From Octopus sinensis (Eukaryota), in contig NC_043008.1 of assembly GCF_006345805.1 (NCBI RefSeq), forward strand, positions 56,048,001-56,112,000: DNA of 64,000 nucleotides, read 5' to 3'. Numbering within the stretch: position 1 is the stretch's first letter; every line of letters starts with the position of its first letter. Both the position numbers and the translations under genes were made by a program. This document shows, piece after piece, positions 1-10,942 of the stretch. Under the pieces are notes generated by a model. The model was not told the DNA's origin, made no database searches, and saw only the letters and a program-made list of their open reading frames with translations.

Positions 1-338
1 GTTGCGCTGTTTGAATAATGGTGGCTTTTCGTGTTGCTGCAGGGGCTAGAGGCAGTTATCTTTAATTGTGGGTGTAAAAAATTGGGGGATTTTGGAAAGG
101 GGGGGGTAAAGAAGAGGGCAATAAAAAGAACCAGGCAAAGAAGACGAATAAAAGTAGAAAAGGAAAAGGAAACAACACGCACAAAACACCACCACCACCG
201 AAACCCGAGCGAAGCACGGGTCAAAATAGCTAGTCTGTGTATATAAAATCCAATTGTACCAATGCCATTTTGTTGTTCTTGTTCTTTCCTCCATTCACAT
301 GTAATCTCATTGTCTTTTTCCTTCTTTTATTGTTGCAG

Positions 339-439
339 AGTAACTGTTATACTGTTGATGGTGTCGATGAAGAGCATGAATTTGCCCGTTTAAAGCAGTC
401 TATGGAAATGGTTGGTTTTTCTACTGAAAGACAGCACAG
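339..439 (+). CDS. MYO9: Myosin IX exon (SNCYTVDGVDEEHEFARLKQSMEMVGFSTERQHR)
   Basis: Acceptor ttgttgcag| and donor AG|gttaga; exits in phase 2; sequence resembles the myosin IX segment EFERLxxAMEMVGF. Confidence 0.93.
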
Positions 440-589
440 GTTAGAACGGACTCAATGTGTTTGTTGTATTTTATCTTCCAGCACTTCTTGACCCATGAGC
501 ACCTGTATTGAGTTCACTCTGTTAGAAGCATTCAGACCAAGTGAGGGTAACCAATGAATCAAAGATCACGAGCATTGTCCTCTCATATT

Positions 590-1045
590 CTTTTCCCACA
601 GCATATAACTGGCAATGTTCCCACAGCCTATAGTTTATAACTAGCTATGATCTGTGCAGCATATAATCAGTGTCAATGTTTCTACAGCATACACCTAGCA
701 ATGTACCTGCAACATATAACAGGCAATTTCCTATGGCACATAACTACGTGTTCCTACAGTACATAATTAGCAATGCTCCCACAATATGTAATCAGCAATG
801 TTCCCACAGCCCATAAACCAGTGATGTTCCCACAGCATATAACTTGGAATACTTCCACAGTATGTAGCTTGTAAATGATATGCACTCCATATGACTCAAT
901 GTTCCTACAGTATATAACTGTTTATGTTCCCACAGTGTATAAGTAGCAATGTATTTACAGCATATAACAGGCAAAGTTTCCATGGTCTATAGCTAACAAT
1001 GTTCCCACAACATATAACCAACAATTTTCCCACAGCATATATCTG
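590..1045. repeat. Degenerate minisatellite of about 25-bp units (AATGTTCCCACAGCATATAACTRGC)
   Basis: Recurrent gttccYacag/catataa motifs. Confidence 0.75.
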
Positions 1046-1631
1046 GCCCAAATATTCTACCTGTTTTATGTTCATACTAGTTAGAACTTGCCTCTCACAC
1101 CTCCCCTACAATGTCATTCCCAAAACAAATAATCCCATCATTGAAGTCTCAAAGCTACAAAATAACGCAGGATTAATTCAAAATGATGTGACTAAATAAG
1201 CATTGGATTTGATAAAGTAATCTGAATACAAAAGAGTTAATCCCCAACTTGGACAGCAGTCTTTGGCTGCCCTTTGGTCAGTGGTGGCCCTCATTTTTAT
1301 ATATCTAAAACCACACTGCCCAGTGTCTCCAAATCTTAAGCAAGGGTGTGGTTTTAGGGAAGTTTGGCTGCTATTTCTAGCAGATTGAGTGTGACTGTGT
1401 CAGAAGTTGCTTATTGTCTTGACTAGCCTTCATTGTTATATCAAAGTTCTATGGTCTTTCTAATCAACACAACACTATTCATTATACATAATTGCTTAAA
1501 TTGATGCTTAATTTCTAAATCACATTAAAGAAAGCTTTAATTAGCATTTATCCCATTATTTATTCGTTTGTTTATTTATTTACTTTTTCCTGTTACACAG
1601 CTAATGGTGAAACATTGAGGTTATAAATATA

Positions 1632-1783
1632 TTTGTATATATGATGATGATATATATATATATATGTGTATATGATGATGATATATATATATATATGTGT
1701 ATTATATATATAATATATATATATATTATATATATATATATCTATATATATATGCATATATACATATATATATGTATATGTAC

Positions 1784-1857
<74 letters not shown>

Positions 1858-1931
1858 TATATATATATGTATATATATATTATATATATGTATATATTAT
1901 GTATATATATATATGTATATATTTATGTGTA

Positions 1932-1980
<49 letters not shown>

Positions 1981-2212
1981 TATATATGTATATATTTATG
2001 TGTATATATATATATATATATAATATATATATATATATGATATATATGTGTATATATATGTGTATATATATATGTGTATATATATATATATGTGTATATA
2101 TATGTGTGTGTATATATATATATGTGTGTATATATATATATATATGTGTAATATATATATGTATATATATATATATATAATATATATATATATATATGTA
2201 TATATATGTATA

Positions 2213-2244
<32 letters not shown>

Positions 2245-2245
2245 C
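1632..2245. repeat. Compound (TA)n/(TG)n microsatellite
   Basis: Direct inspection. Confidence 0.95.
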
Positions 2246-2470
2246 ACACTGACATGTGAAACCTTAATCTTTTTGTTGCCTGTGGGTGTGTTTTCTTCTT
2301 CCCAGCATGCAAAATGATAACGTTATTGGATCAATGAAAGAATGAATGAATGAGCCAATTAATCAATCTGTCACTATATATAGAAATATGAGCCGATCAA
2401 GGTCTTTGCCACTCAGCCTGCTAAAAATAGCAGTCATATCTCCCATCAAATGACACCCTTCTCAATTTAA

Positions 2471-2733
2471 ACCTTTAGTATTTAATCTGATCAAATCCCG
2501 CCCAAATATTCCACCTTCATTATGTTCAAACTGGCCGGATCCTGCCCCTAATGTGAAATGTGAAATGAAGTGTTTTGCTCAAGAACACAGTGTGTTGCCT
2601 TTTATTCTAAAAGCGAATAATCACATCATTGAAATCTCAAAAATCTCAAAGCTATGAGATAATCCATGATTAACTCAAAACAATGTGAATAAATAAGTAT
2701 TACTTTTGACAGAGTAATTTGAATACTAAAGGG
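2471..2733. mobile_element. piggyBac-like MITE (TTAA TSD); related copies near 1045-1240 and 53360-53560
   Basis: TTAA|ACCTTTAGTATTTAA ... TTGAATACTAAAGGG|TTAA. Confidence 0.7.
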
Positions 2734-2926
2734 TTAAGAAAAATGGGTGGAGAGTGGGAGACAAGATCCAGTATATGAATATGGGTCTTCTTACTTAAGC
2801 CCTTAAGCCCTTAAGAATGGATACTGTCTCATTCAATCAATATATTTCAACTTTACTCTTTCCTAGCTGAGTAGAGAGAGAGAGAGAGAGAGGTGATTCA
2901 TTCAGTTATTGTATATGTATGTATGT

Positions 2927-3180
2927 GGAGGCACATGGCTTAGTGGTTAGGGTGTCAGCATCATGATCGTAAGATTGTGGTTTCGATTCCTGGACTGGGC
3001 GACGCGTTGTGTTCTTGAACAAAGCACTTCATTTCACGTTGCTCCAGTCCACTCAGCTGGCAAAAATGAGTAACGCTGCGATGGACTGGCATCCCGTCCA
3101 GCTGGGGAACACATACTCCAGTGAAACCAGGAAACCGGGCCCATGAGCCTGGCTAGGCTTCAAAAGGGCGCATTTATTTT
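2927..3180 (+). mobile_element. tRNA-derived SINE, family B (CORE-like centre); other copies near 16480-16950 (tandem pair, minus), 36500-36858, 38300-38452, 53593-53912
   Basis: A and B boxes (TGGCTTAGTGG, GGTTTCGATTCC), then TTGTGTTCTTGAACAAAGCACTT and CTCCAGTCCACTCAGCTGGCAAAAATGAGTA. Confidence 0.8.
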
Positions 3181-3189
3181 ATTTATAAG

Positions 3190-3447
3190 TGCGGGTGGCA
3201 CGTAAAGAGCACCGTCCGTCCATGGCCGTTTGCCAGCTCCATCTGGCACCTATGCAGGTGGCACGTAAAAAGCACCCACTACACTCACAGAGTGGTTGGC
3301 GTTAGGAAGGGCATCCAGCCATAGAAACACTGCCAGATCAGACTGGGCCTGATGCAGCCTTCTGGCTTCACAGACCCCAGTTGATCCGTCCAACCCATGC
3401 TAGCATGGAGAACGGACGTTAAACGATGCTGCTGATGATGATGATGT
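3190..3447 (+). mobile_element. RTE-type 3' tail element (abundant family; other copies near 6290-6477, 26960-27200, 27910-28060, 47510-47700, 50560-50770, 63000-63160)
   Basis: GGCACGTAAAAAGCACCCACTACACTC...GGAAGGGCATCCAGC...CCAACCCATGCTAGCATGG...GTTAAACGATG(CTG/ATG)n; same sequence as the 3' part of the RTE fragment at 45010-45400. Confidence 0.75.
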
Positions 3448-3749
3448 ATGTGCACAGCATAGTCAAATGGTGAAGAAGTTTGTTTTTCAATTATGAGATC
3501 CTGAGTTGCAAAAGCAAGCTTCTTAAGCACCACATAGCCATTCTTGTGTGCTTATTAATAGAAATATTTAGAATAATTTACTGAATTTCACTGAAACTAT
3601 TTCTATACATTGCTAACTTTGCTGTAAACAGAAATTTTTGAAATAATTCATTGGATTTCTCTGCAAAAAATTTAATGTATTTTTCTAAAATCCTGTTTGC
3701 TTTCTTTTTATTAATTTTTTTTTGTTCTTTTTTTCCCCCCTCGATGTAG

Positions 3750-3804
3750 GATTTTCTCTGTGTTGTCTGCTGTGTTACATCTTGGTAACGTGGAGTTCAA
3801 AAAG
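3750..3804 (+). CDS. MYO9: Myosin IX exon (IFSVLSAVLHLGNVEFKK)
   Basis: Acceptor gatgtag|G completes the AGG codon; donor AAG|gtaaat; conserved LHLGN motif. Confidence 0.95.
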
Positions 3805-3876
3805 GTAAATAAATACTTTCTCTTTTCAAAGCTTAAAAAAAAAAAAAATCCTGGTCCTTGCAGACATGCCATTTTC

Positions 3877-4288
3877 TTACTCTTTACTCTTTTACTCTTT
3901 TACTTGTTTCAGTCATTTGACTGCGGCCATGCTGGAGCACCGCCTTTAATCGAGCAACTCGACCCCGGGACTTATTCTTTTGTAAGCCCAGTACTTATTC
4001 TATCGGTCTCTTTTGTCGAACTGCTAAGTAACGGGGACATAAACACACCAGCATCGGTTGTCAAGCAATGCTAGGGGGACAAACACACTCACACAAACAC
4101 ACACACGCATATATATATATATACATATATACGACGGGCTTTTTTCAGTTTCCGTTTACCAAATCCACTCACAAGGCTTTGGTCGGCCCGAGGCTATAGT
4201 AGAAGACACTCGCCCAAGGTGTCATGCAGTTAGACTGAACCCGGAACCATGTGGTTGGTAAACAAGCTACTTACCACACAGCCACTCC
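3877..4288 (-). mobile_element. Composite SINE, family C (tRNA/CORE head, internal TA/TG microsatellite, (AGAGTAA)n tail); other copies near 16060-16207, 22655-22990, 49560-50120, 57420-57773
   Basis: Head GTGGCTGTGTGGTAAGTAGCTTG...GGGTTCAGTC, CORE-like CCTTGGGCGAGTGTCTTCT, tail ...GAAACAAGTAAAAGAGTAAA repeats; same order seen on the + strand at 22655. Confidence 0.8.
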
Positions 4289-4848
4289 TCCTCCTTACTC
4301 TTTTTTTTTTGTTTTTTTCTTTTATACTGGGAAGCAGGAGGCTGAATTGGATGCTAGGATTGCCAGTTCCTGCATTCAATTCCCTGAAGAGGAAAGATTG
4401 GTAAAAATAACCAAACTTGCTATCTGCAATTTGGTTTCTGTGCTTATCACTTTTGGTCATGAAACTTGAGTTATGACCAAATCTGTTCAATTACAAATAC
4501 AAATGGATGACATAAGTTTCTTCCAAAGGATCTCTGCAATAATATTACTCGACAAATATGCGTAGTTTGGAGATCAGGGAGTTTCTCAGGTCGAGCTACT
4601 ACTCATACACATTGAGAGGTCACAGATCTGGTACTAAGGACCTGTGATTAAAATGTTGCAAGATGAAATGCCAGGCAAATCCTTCAGGCCAAGCTGACCA
4701 GCAGGAGATCTAGGGGTGGATCAAGAATGAAATGTTTGGAAAATATTCCTATTCTCAGTTGGTCATGCTTGCCAATCGAGCCAGAAAGTGTAATAATGGT
4801 GGCTTCTGGTAGGATCCTATGGAAATGAATATATATATATATATATAT

Positions 4849-5053
4849 TCAAAATGTGACCGCATGTGTACCGTTGGCGATTTTTTTCCTCTCTCTTCCC
4901 TTCTCTGGATCTTTCCTTCTATGTTTCTGACGAAGAGCTCCGCTCGAAACGTTAAACCCTCCTTCTTTCCTGAGCGTCCAGTAATACTATATTTGTTCCA
5001 CGCCCTCGCATTGTTGTGTTTTTTTTTGTGCTTTCATGTTTGGATTAACTAAC
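4849..5053 (+). mobile_element. Short non-autonomous Penelope-like (pLTR-derived) element inserted in (TA)n
   Basis: About 205 bp flanked by TA repeats, carries the hammerhead core, and is homologous to 52162-52336 on the minus strand. Family assignment is inferred from the ribozyme type. Confidence 0.55.
4923..4957 (+). ncRNA. Minimal type I hammerhead ribozyme motif (Penelope-like-element type)
   Basis: GTTT-CTGACGA-A-GAGC(TCC)GCTC-GAAA-CG-TT-AAAC: intact CUGANGA and GAAA core, 4-bp stem II, palindromic ACGU stem III, 4-bp stem I; predicted cut after U4953. Confidence 0.75.
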
Positions 5054-5351
5054 TATATATAGATACATATATTGTTGTCTGTTTCTGGTTAAAAAATCTC
5101 TTGGAACTAACCTAAGCATGTGGTTACAGAGTGAGGATTTTTATTACATGGTTATGCTTGTAGTTGTGTGTGTGTATGCATGTTCAGAAGGACATCTGGG
5201 CATTAGGTGCAGACCTCTAGTTCTCTGGCCATGCAACCTATGTCTGGATGGAAAACGAACATTAAATGACGATAAAGATGATGATGATATATACGTGTGT
5301 GTAATGTGTACATATGTATGTGTATGATGTGTGTGTATGTGTGTTTGTATA

Positions 5352-5411
<60 letters not shown>

Positions 5412-5547
5412 GATACATGTATGTATATGTATATGTGTGTGTGTTTGTGTATATATATATATACAGATATACAGATGTATGTGTATTTGTGTGTGTATAT
5501 GTATATATGTGTACACATATGTGTGTGTGTTAGTGTATATATATATT

Positions 5548-5601
<54 letters not shown>

Positions 5602-5605
<4 letters not shown>

Positions 5606-6300
5606 TGGCCCCGTGTCGGTGGCACGTAAAAGCACCATCCGTTCGTGGCCGTTTGCCAGCTCTGTCTGGCCCCGTGTCGGTGGCACGTAAAAGCACCATC
5701 CGTCCGTGTCCGTTGCCAGCCTCGGCTGGCCCCCGTGCCGGTGACACGTAAAAGCACCGTCCGCTCGTGGCCGTTTGCCAGCTCTGTCTGGCAACCGTGT
5801 TGGTGGCACGTAAAAGCACCATCTGTTCACGTCCGTTGCCAGCCTCGGCTGGCCCCTGTGCCGGTGACACGTAAAAGCACCATCAGTTCGTGGCCGTTTG
5901 CCAGCTCTGTCTGGCCCCGTGTCGGTGGCACGTAAAAGCACCATCCGTCCGTGTCCGTTGCCAGCCTTGGCTGGCCCCCATGCCGGTGACACGTAAAAGC
6001 ACCGTCCGCTCGTGGCCGTTTGCCAGCTCTGTCTGGCAACCGTATCGGTGGCACGTAAAAGCACCATCCGTTTGCGTCCGTTGCCAGCCTCGGCTGGCCC
6101 CCGTGCCGGTGACACGTAAAAGCACCGTCCGTTCGTGGCCGGTTGCCAGCTTTGTCTGGCCCCGTGTCGGTGGCACGTAAAAGCACCATCCGTTCGTGTC
6201 CGTTGCCAGCATCGCCTGGCCCCGTGCCGGTGACACGTAAAAGCACCATCCGTTCGTGGCCGTTCGCCAGCACTGTCTGGCACCTGTGCAGGTGGCACGT
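5602..6300 (+). repeat. GC-rich minisatellite of about 60-bp units (about 11.5 copies, alternating A/B) within an RTE-type tail element
   Basis: Twelve occurrences of CACGTAAAA spaced about 60-62 bp apart. Confidence 0.92.
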
Positions 6301-6477
6301 AAAAAACACCCACTACACTCGCGTAGTGGTTGGCGTTAGGAAGGGCATCCAGCCGTAGAAACACTGCCAGATCTGACTGGGCCTGACGAAGCCTTCCAGC
6401 TTCACAGACCCCAGTTGACCCGTCCAACCCATGCTAGCATGGAAAACGGACGCTAAACGATGATGATGATGATGATG

Positions 6478-6510
<33 letters not shown>

Positions 6511-6828
6511 GTTATTTGGACTGCTTTATATATTACAGTTTCTCAACATTTTTCGTTCTTACGTCATTCTCACTGTTTACTCTGTATCACATTACTCGTA
6601 TCACCCACTTCTTTACCTATTACTCTGATATCCTGTTTTCCATTTGATAATTAATATATTTATTCATACATTTACGCACATGCTTGATCATAGGCATACA
6701 CGCGCATGCACCCACACACTCACACACACACACATATTCACATGCATACTTATAGATATACATGTGCAATTGAATGCACGCATATGCATACTTATTTCGG
6801 CACACATGTACGCATGTGGTTGATTATG

Positions 6829-7059
6829 TATTTCCTTATTACCCACAGGGGGCTAAATATAGAGGGGAGAAGCAAGGACAGACAAAGGTATTAAGTCGAT
6901 TACATCGACCCCAGTGCGTAACTGGTACTTAATTTATCGACCCCGAAAGGATGAAAGGCAAAGTCGACCTTGGCGGAATTTGAACTCAGAACGTAATAGC
7001 AGACGAAATACCACATAGCATTTCGCCTGGCGTGCTCATGTTTCTGCCAGCTCGCCGCC
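6829..7059 (-). mobile_element. tRNA-derived SINE, family A, full length with 15-bp TSD
   Basis: tRNA-like head with B box (GAGTTCAAATTCC); central GCCTTTCATCCTTTCGGGGTCGATAAATTAAGTACC block; TSD ATGTGGTTGATTATG at 6814-6828 and 7060-7074. Confidence 0.9.
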
Positions 7060-7191
7060 ATGTGGTTGATTATGGTTGCGTGTACATTTGTGTATGTGTG
7101 TGTATATGACTACATGCGTTAATTACAAATGTGTGTCTCATGACCATCTACTGTTCTTTGCTTGCATCGGTTGGATGGGCTTTTTCTTATT

Positions 7192-7251
<60 letters not shown>

Positions 7252-7393
7252 CACACACACACAATGCATATCATCATCATCATAATCATCATTGCTTAAC
7301 ATCCGCCTTCCATGCTGGCGTGGGCTGGACTTATGTAAATGCAAATAAGTATGCATACACACATGTAGGTTTAAGCACATATAAAAAGAAATT

Positions 7394-7443
<50 letters not shown>

Positions 7444-7710
7444 TATTTCTAAGTTCCTCTAAAAGAGAGTATGGCAGTAGTACTGGATATTAATAGTTAT
7501 CACCAAGCTAACATGGCAGTCCAGAAAAATAGGACAAATGCTGCCGTTGATTATATGCAATTTATACATATAAGCCTATAGAATTTAATTTTTGTCCAAC
7601 CCATGGCAGCATGGAAAACAGACATTAAATGAAGATGATGATGCATATGACAGTTGTATATTCTCTCTATAATCTATATTCCTACATTGTATATTTCTGT
7701 CTTTCCGCAG

Positions 7711-7788
7711 AAAGGAGATCTCCACCATGATGAATCTGTAGTGATTAGGAACGAAGCTGTTATCACTGTGATATCTAATTTACTGAAG
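7711..7788 (+). CDS. MYO9: Myosin IX exon (KGDLHHDESVVIRNEAVITVISNLLK)
   Basis: Acceptor ttctgtctttccgcag| and donor AAG|gtaagt; 78 nt, phase 0/0. Confidence 0.92.
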
Positions 7789-7878
7789 GTAAGTTCTTTC
7801 CCCGACTCTTAACCGTTTAATAAAGCAGGTTGTCTGAATTGTTAAGAATCATCTACCTTGAAATGTAATATACAATAC

Positions 7879-8171
7879 CATATTCTGTTGTGTCTGGGGA
7901 GAGTCATTTTCTTTTTGTACCTTATAATGTAACACACTCACCGGTAAAATTTCCACTTTTTTGAAAAATGTTTATTTTCCTAAAATTTTCGTTGCGTCTT
8001 GCAACCTTTTCAATAGTTTTGAGAGTCAAAACTATTGAAAAGGTTGCAAGACACAATGAAAATTTTAGGAAAATAAAAATGAGAGAAAAAAATGTGGAAA
8101 TTTTACCGGTGAGTGTGTTAAATTAGAAGGCACAAAAAGAAAATGACTCTCCCCAGACACAACAGAATATG
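7879..8171. repeat. Long fold-back inverted repeat (about 145-bp arms, 3-nt loop)
   Basis: CATATTCTGTTGTGTCTGGGGAGAGTCATTTTCTTTTTGT pairs with the right end; centre TTTTCAATAGTTTTGA-GAG-TCAAAACTATTGAAAA. Confidence 0.9.
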
Positions 8172-8598
8172 TTTCAACACACGAGCTCACATAAAGAATC
8201 TTGCAAACCAAATCCCAAAACGAAATATAATACCATGTTTTCTGGCATACAAACTGAATTTTGAAGACAAAAATTTACAGCCAAGAATAAGGTACTTTGT
8301 GACTTATACACCAAGTTGACTTTGAAGGAGCAAAGCTTCCATATAAAATGCAGCAGGATATGGAAAGATAGTGACAGTGTATGAATTTTTACACTACATG
8401 TTTACACTATGTACTTTGTTGACTTGTTTGTTGGAAAATATGGTATATAGTAAGTTTCTGTTATTGACAATCGAATCTTATTGTATGTGATAGGTCTTTG
8501 TTGTTTGTGTAGATTTTTTAAGCGTTTTCTTTTGTATGAACAAGTTGTAAAAGCTATATGGATGGTTAAAAGCTAAGGCAATGTCATTGTTATTTTAG

Positions 8599-8688
8599 GT
8601 GAAGGAAACGACACTTATTGATGCCTTAACCCAGAAAAGAACCGTTGCTGGAGGAGAGACAGTTTTTATGAACTACAAAATGGAAGAT
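8599..8688 (+). CDS. MYO9: Myosin IX exon (VKETTLIDALTQKRTVAGGETVFMNYKMED)
   Basis: Acceptor ttattttag| and donor GAT|gtaagt; 90 nt, phase 0/0. Confidence 0.94.
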
Positions 8689-8711
8689 GTAAGTATAATT
8701 CTCCAGAAAGT

Positions 8712-9330
8712 GCAATGAGAGTGCACAATGACAGTGAAAATGAAAAGTGTATGAGAATACAGAGTAAGTGCACCAGGAGTGCAGTGAAAGTACATGATAA
8801 GTGCATCAGGGGTGCAGTGAAAGTACATATGTGCACCAGGAGTGCAGTGAAAGTACATGATAAGTGCACCAGGAGTGCAGTGAAAGTACATAAGCGCACC
8901 AGGAGTGAAGGTACATAAGTGCATCAGGAGTGCAATGAAAGTACATGATAAGTGCATCAGGAGTGCAATGAATGTACATGATAAGTGCATCAGGAGTGCA
9001 ATGAATGTACATGATAAGTGCATCAGGAGTGCAATGAATGTACATAAGTGCATCAGGAGTGCAATGAATGTACATAAGTGCATCAGGAGTGCAGTGAAAG
9101 TACATGATAAGTGCATCAGTAGTGCAGTGAAAGTACATAAATGCATCAGGAGTGTAATGAAAGTACATAAGTGCATCAGGAGTGCAGTGAAAGTACATGG
9201 TAAGTGCATCATGAGTGCAGTGAAAGTACATAAGTGCATCAGGAGTGCAGCGAAAGGTCATCATCAATGCAGTGAAAGTACATAAGTGCATAATGATAGT
9301 GCACAGTAGAGTGCAGTTAGAATGCAATTA
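8712..9330. repeat. Minisatellite of 27/30-bp units (GTGCATCAGGAGTGCARTGAAWGTACAT[GAT]AA)
   Basis: About 20 tandem units starting about 25 nt after the exon 8599-8688 donor. Confidence 0.9.
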
Positions 9331-9764
9331 AAGTGCAATAAAATTACAGTGAGGGTGAGTCATTGGAGCATCCGGTAGAACATCTTGCAGTGTTTGCTCT
9401 GGTTTTCTGTGCTCTGAGTTCAAATCTTGCTGAGGTCTACTTTGCCTTTTATCCTTCTGAGACTGATGAGTAATGGGCCTCTTGAATGAAGGTGATTGGT
9501 GGAATTATTAGAAAGTTGGTTGACATAACCTTACAGTATCTTGTTCTACATCTCTGTGTTTTGTGTTGTCTAGCTATGGGAAAATATTACTTTGCTTGGG
9601 AACAACTAAGTGTTGGTGACTGGAAGGGCATCCAGCCATAAAAAAATGTGCCTCATTATCCAACCCATACAAGCACAGAAAAATAGGCATAAAAATCAAT
9701 GACGTTGGCAGTGGTTGTTATATTGACAGCATCGTAGCAGTTGTTGCTGTTGCCGTTGTGATCG

Positions 9765-9985
9765 TCGTCTTCTTCTTCTTCTTCTTCTTCTTTTTCTTCT
9801 TTTTCTCCTTCTTCTCCTTCTTCTTCTCCTTCTCCTCCTCCTCCTCCTTTTTTCTTCTTCTTTTTCTTCTACTTCTTTTCCTTCCTCTTCTCCTTCTTCT
9901 TCTCCTCCTTCTTCTCCTCCTCCTCCTTCTCCTTCTCCTTCTCCTTCTTCTCCTTCTTCTTCTCCTTCTTCATCTTCTTTATAAC
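9765..9985. repeat. Polypyrimidine (CTT)n/(CCT)n tract
   Basis: About 220 nt almost purely C/T. Confidence 0.9.
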
Positions 9986-10710
9986 TTCTGTCTCTTGTTA
10001 TTATTCTCAAAGAAGTAGTCCACCGAAGGGCAACATGTGGTTGGAGACACTTGTTCTGGGTACCACCACACAGTGAGGTAGAATTCATGGACCATGTGGT
10101 TACCGAAATGAATTCTGTATCCACACAATCATGCATGCATGTGTGAAATATGAAAATATTTCTGGCTGTTACTTTCTTAAAGATTTCAGATGAACTTGTT
10201 AGAAATAACGGGTGGGGTGGGGTGGGAAATGAAACAACAGCTATGAGAACAACAGTAAGAAGAAGAAGAACAACAACAGCAGCAGCAGCAGCAGCAGCAG
10301 TCATAGCTAGACTTACATCAACAGCAGCCATTGTATTGGTTGGCACTTGAAAATATTCAGCTTGTTTTCAGTATAAAAGCTTGCCATTGTCTCTTTTGGT
10401 TACCATTATCTTCCAATTCCCCCTCCTCACTCCACCACACCTCCTCCTGAAATAAATCAAAGACTTCATTCTTCAAGGAAGAAATTTCTGTTATTGCCAT
10501 GCCATTATTATTGTTTCTTTTGTAGTGAATAACTTTTACTGTCGTGGCCACATGGTTAAGAAGCTCCCTTTGCAGTGATGCTGTTCTAGGTTCAATCTCA
10601 ATGTGCAGTACCTAGATGATTGTTTTCGACTACAATTCTGATTTGGTCCAAATTACATGACTGAAGTTTGGCAGGCACAAACTGTACAAATACCCTTTAA
10701 ATGGGGTATA

Positions 10711-10942
10711 CCTATTTCTTTATTACCCACAAGGGGCTAAACACAGAGGGGACAAACAAGGACAGACATAGGTATTAAGTCGATTACATCGACCCCAGTG
10801 CGTAACTGGTACTTAATTTATCGACCCCGAAATGATGAAAGGCAAAGTCGACCACGGCGGAATTTGAACTCACAACGTAACGCAGACGAAATACCGCTAA
10901 GCATTTCGCCCGGCGTGCTAACGTTTCTGCCAGCTCGCCGCC
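10711..10942 (-). mobile_element. tRNA-derived SINE, family A, with 14-bp TSD
   Basis: Nearly identical to 6829-7059; TSD TTAAATGGGGTATA at 10697-10710 and 10943-10956. Confidence 0.9.

Noticed and set aside
1641-2317. IY-repeat ORFs, and the similar HT, VC and SL repeat ORFs at 11638-12363, 24241-25158, 30646-32749 and 39699-40494
   Set aside because: Dinucleotide and tetranucleotide microsatellites that lack stop codons.
2927-3000. tRNA-like sequences with A and B boxes (also the heads of families A and C)
   Set aside because: They are SINE heads continuing into SINE bodies; I see no complete cloverleaf.
5602-6300. CRISPR-like appearance of the regularly spaced CACGTAAAAGCACC motif
   Set aside because: The intervening sequences are themselves repeats rather than unique spacers; eukaryotic intron with no cas genes.
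5144-6427. 427-aa minus-strand ORF and overlapping ORFs
   Set aside because: Made of the 60-bp minisatellite plus TA/TG microsatellites; periodic peptide with no domain.
8666-9327. Several 126-188 aa ORFs
   Set aside because: Translations of the 27/30-bp minisatellite.
9696-10346. 216-aa minus-strand ORF with poly-E and poly-R
   Set aside because: Driven by (GAA/GGA)n and (GCT)n microsatellites; no splice or homology support.
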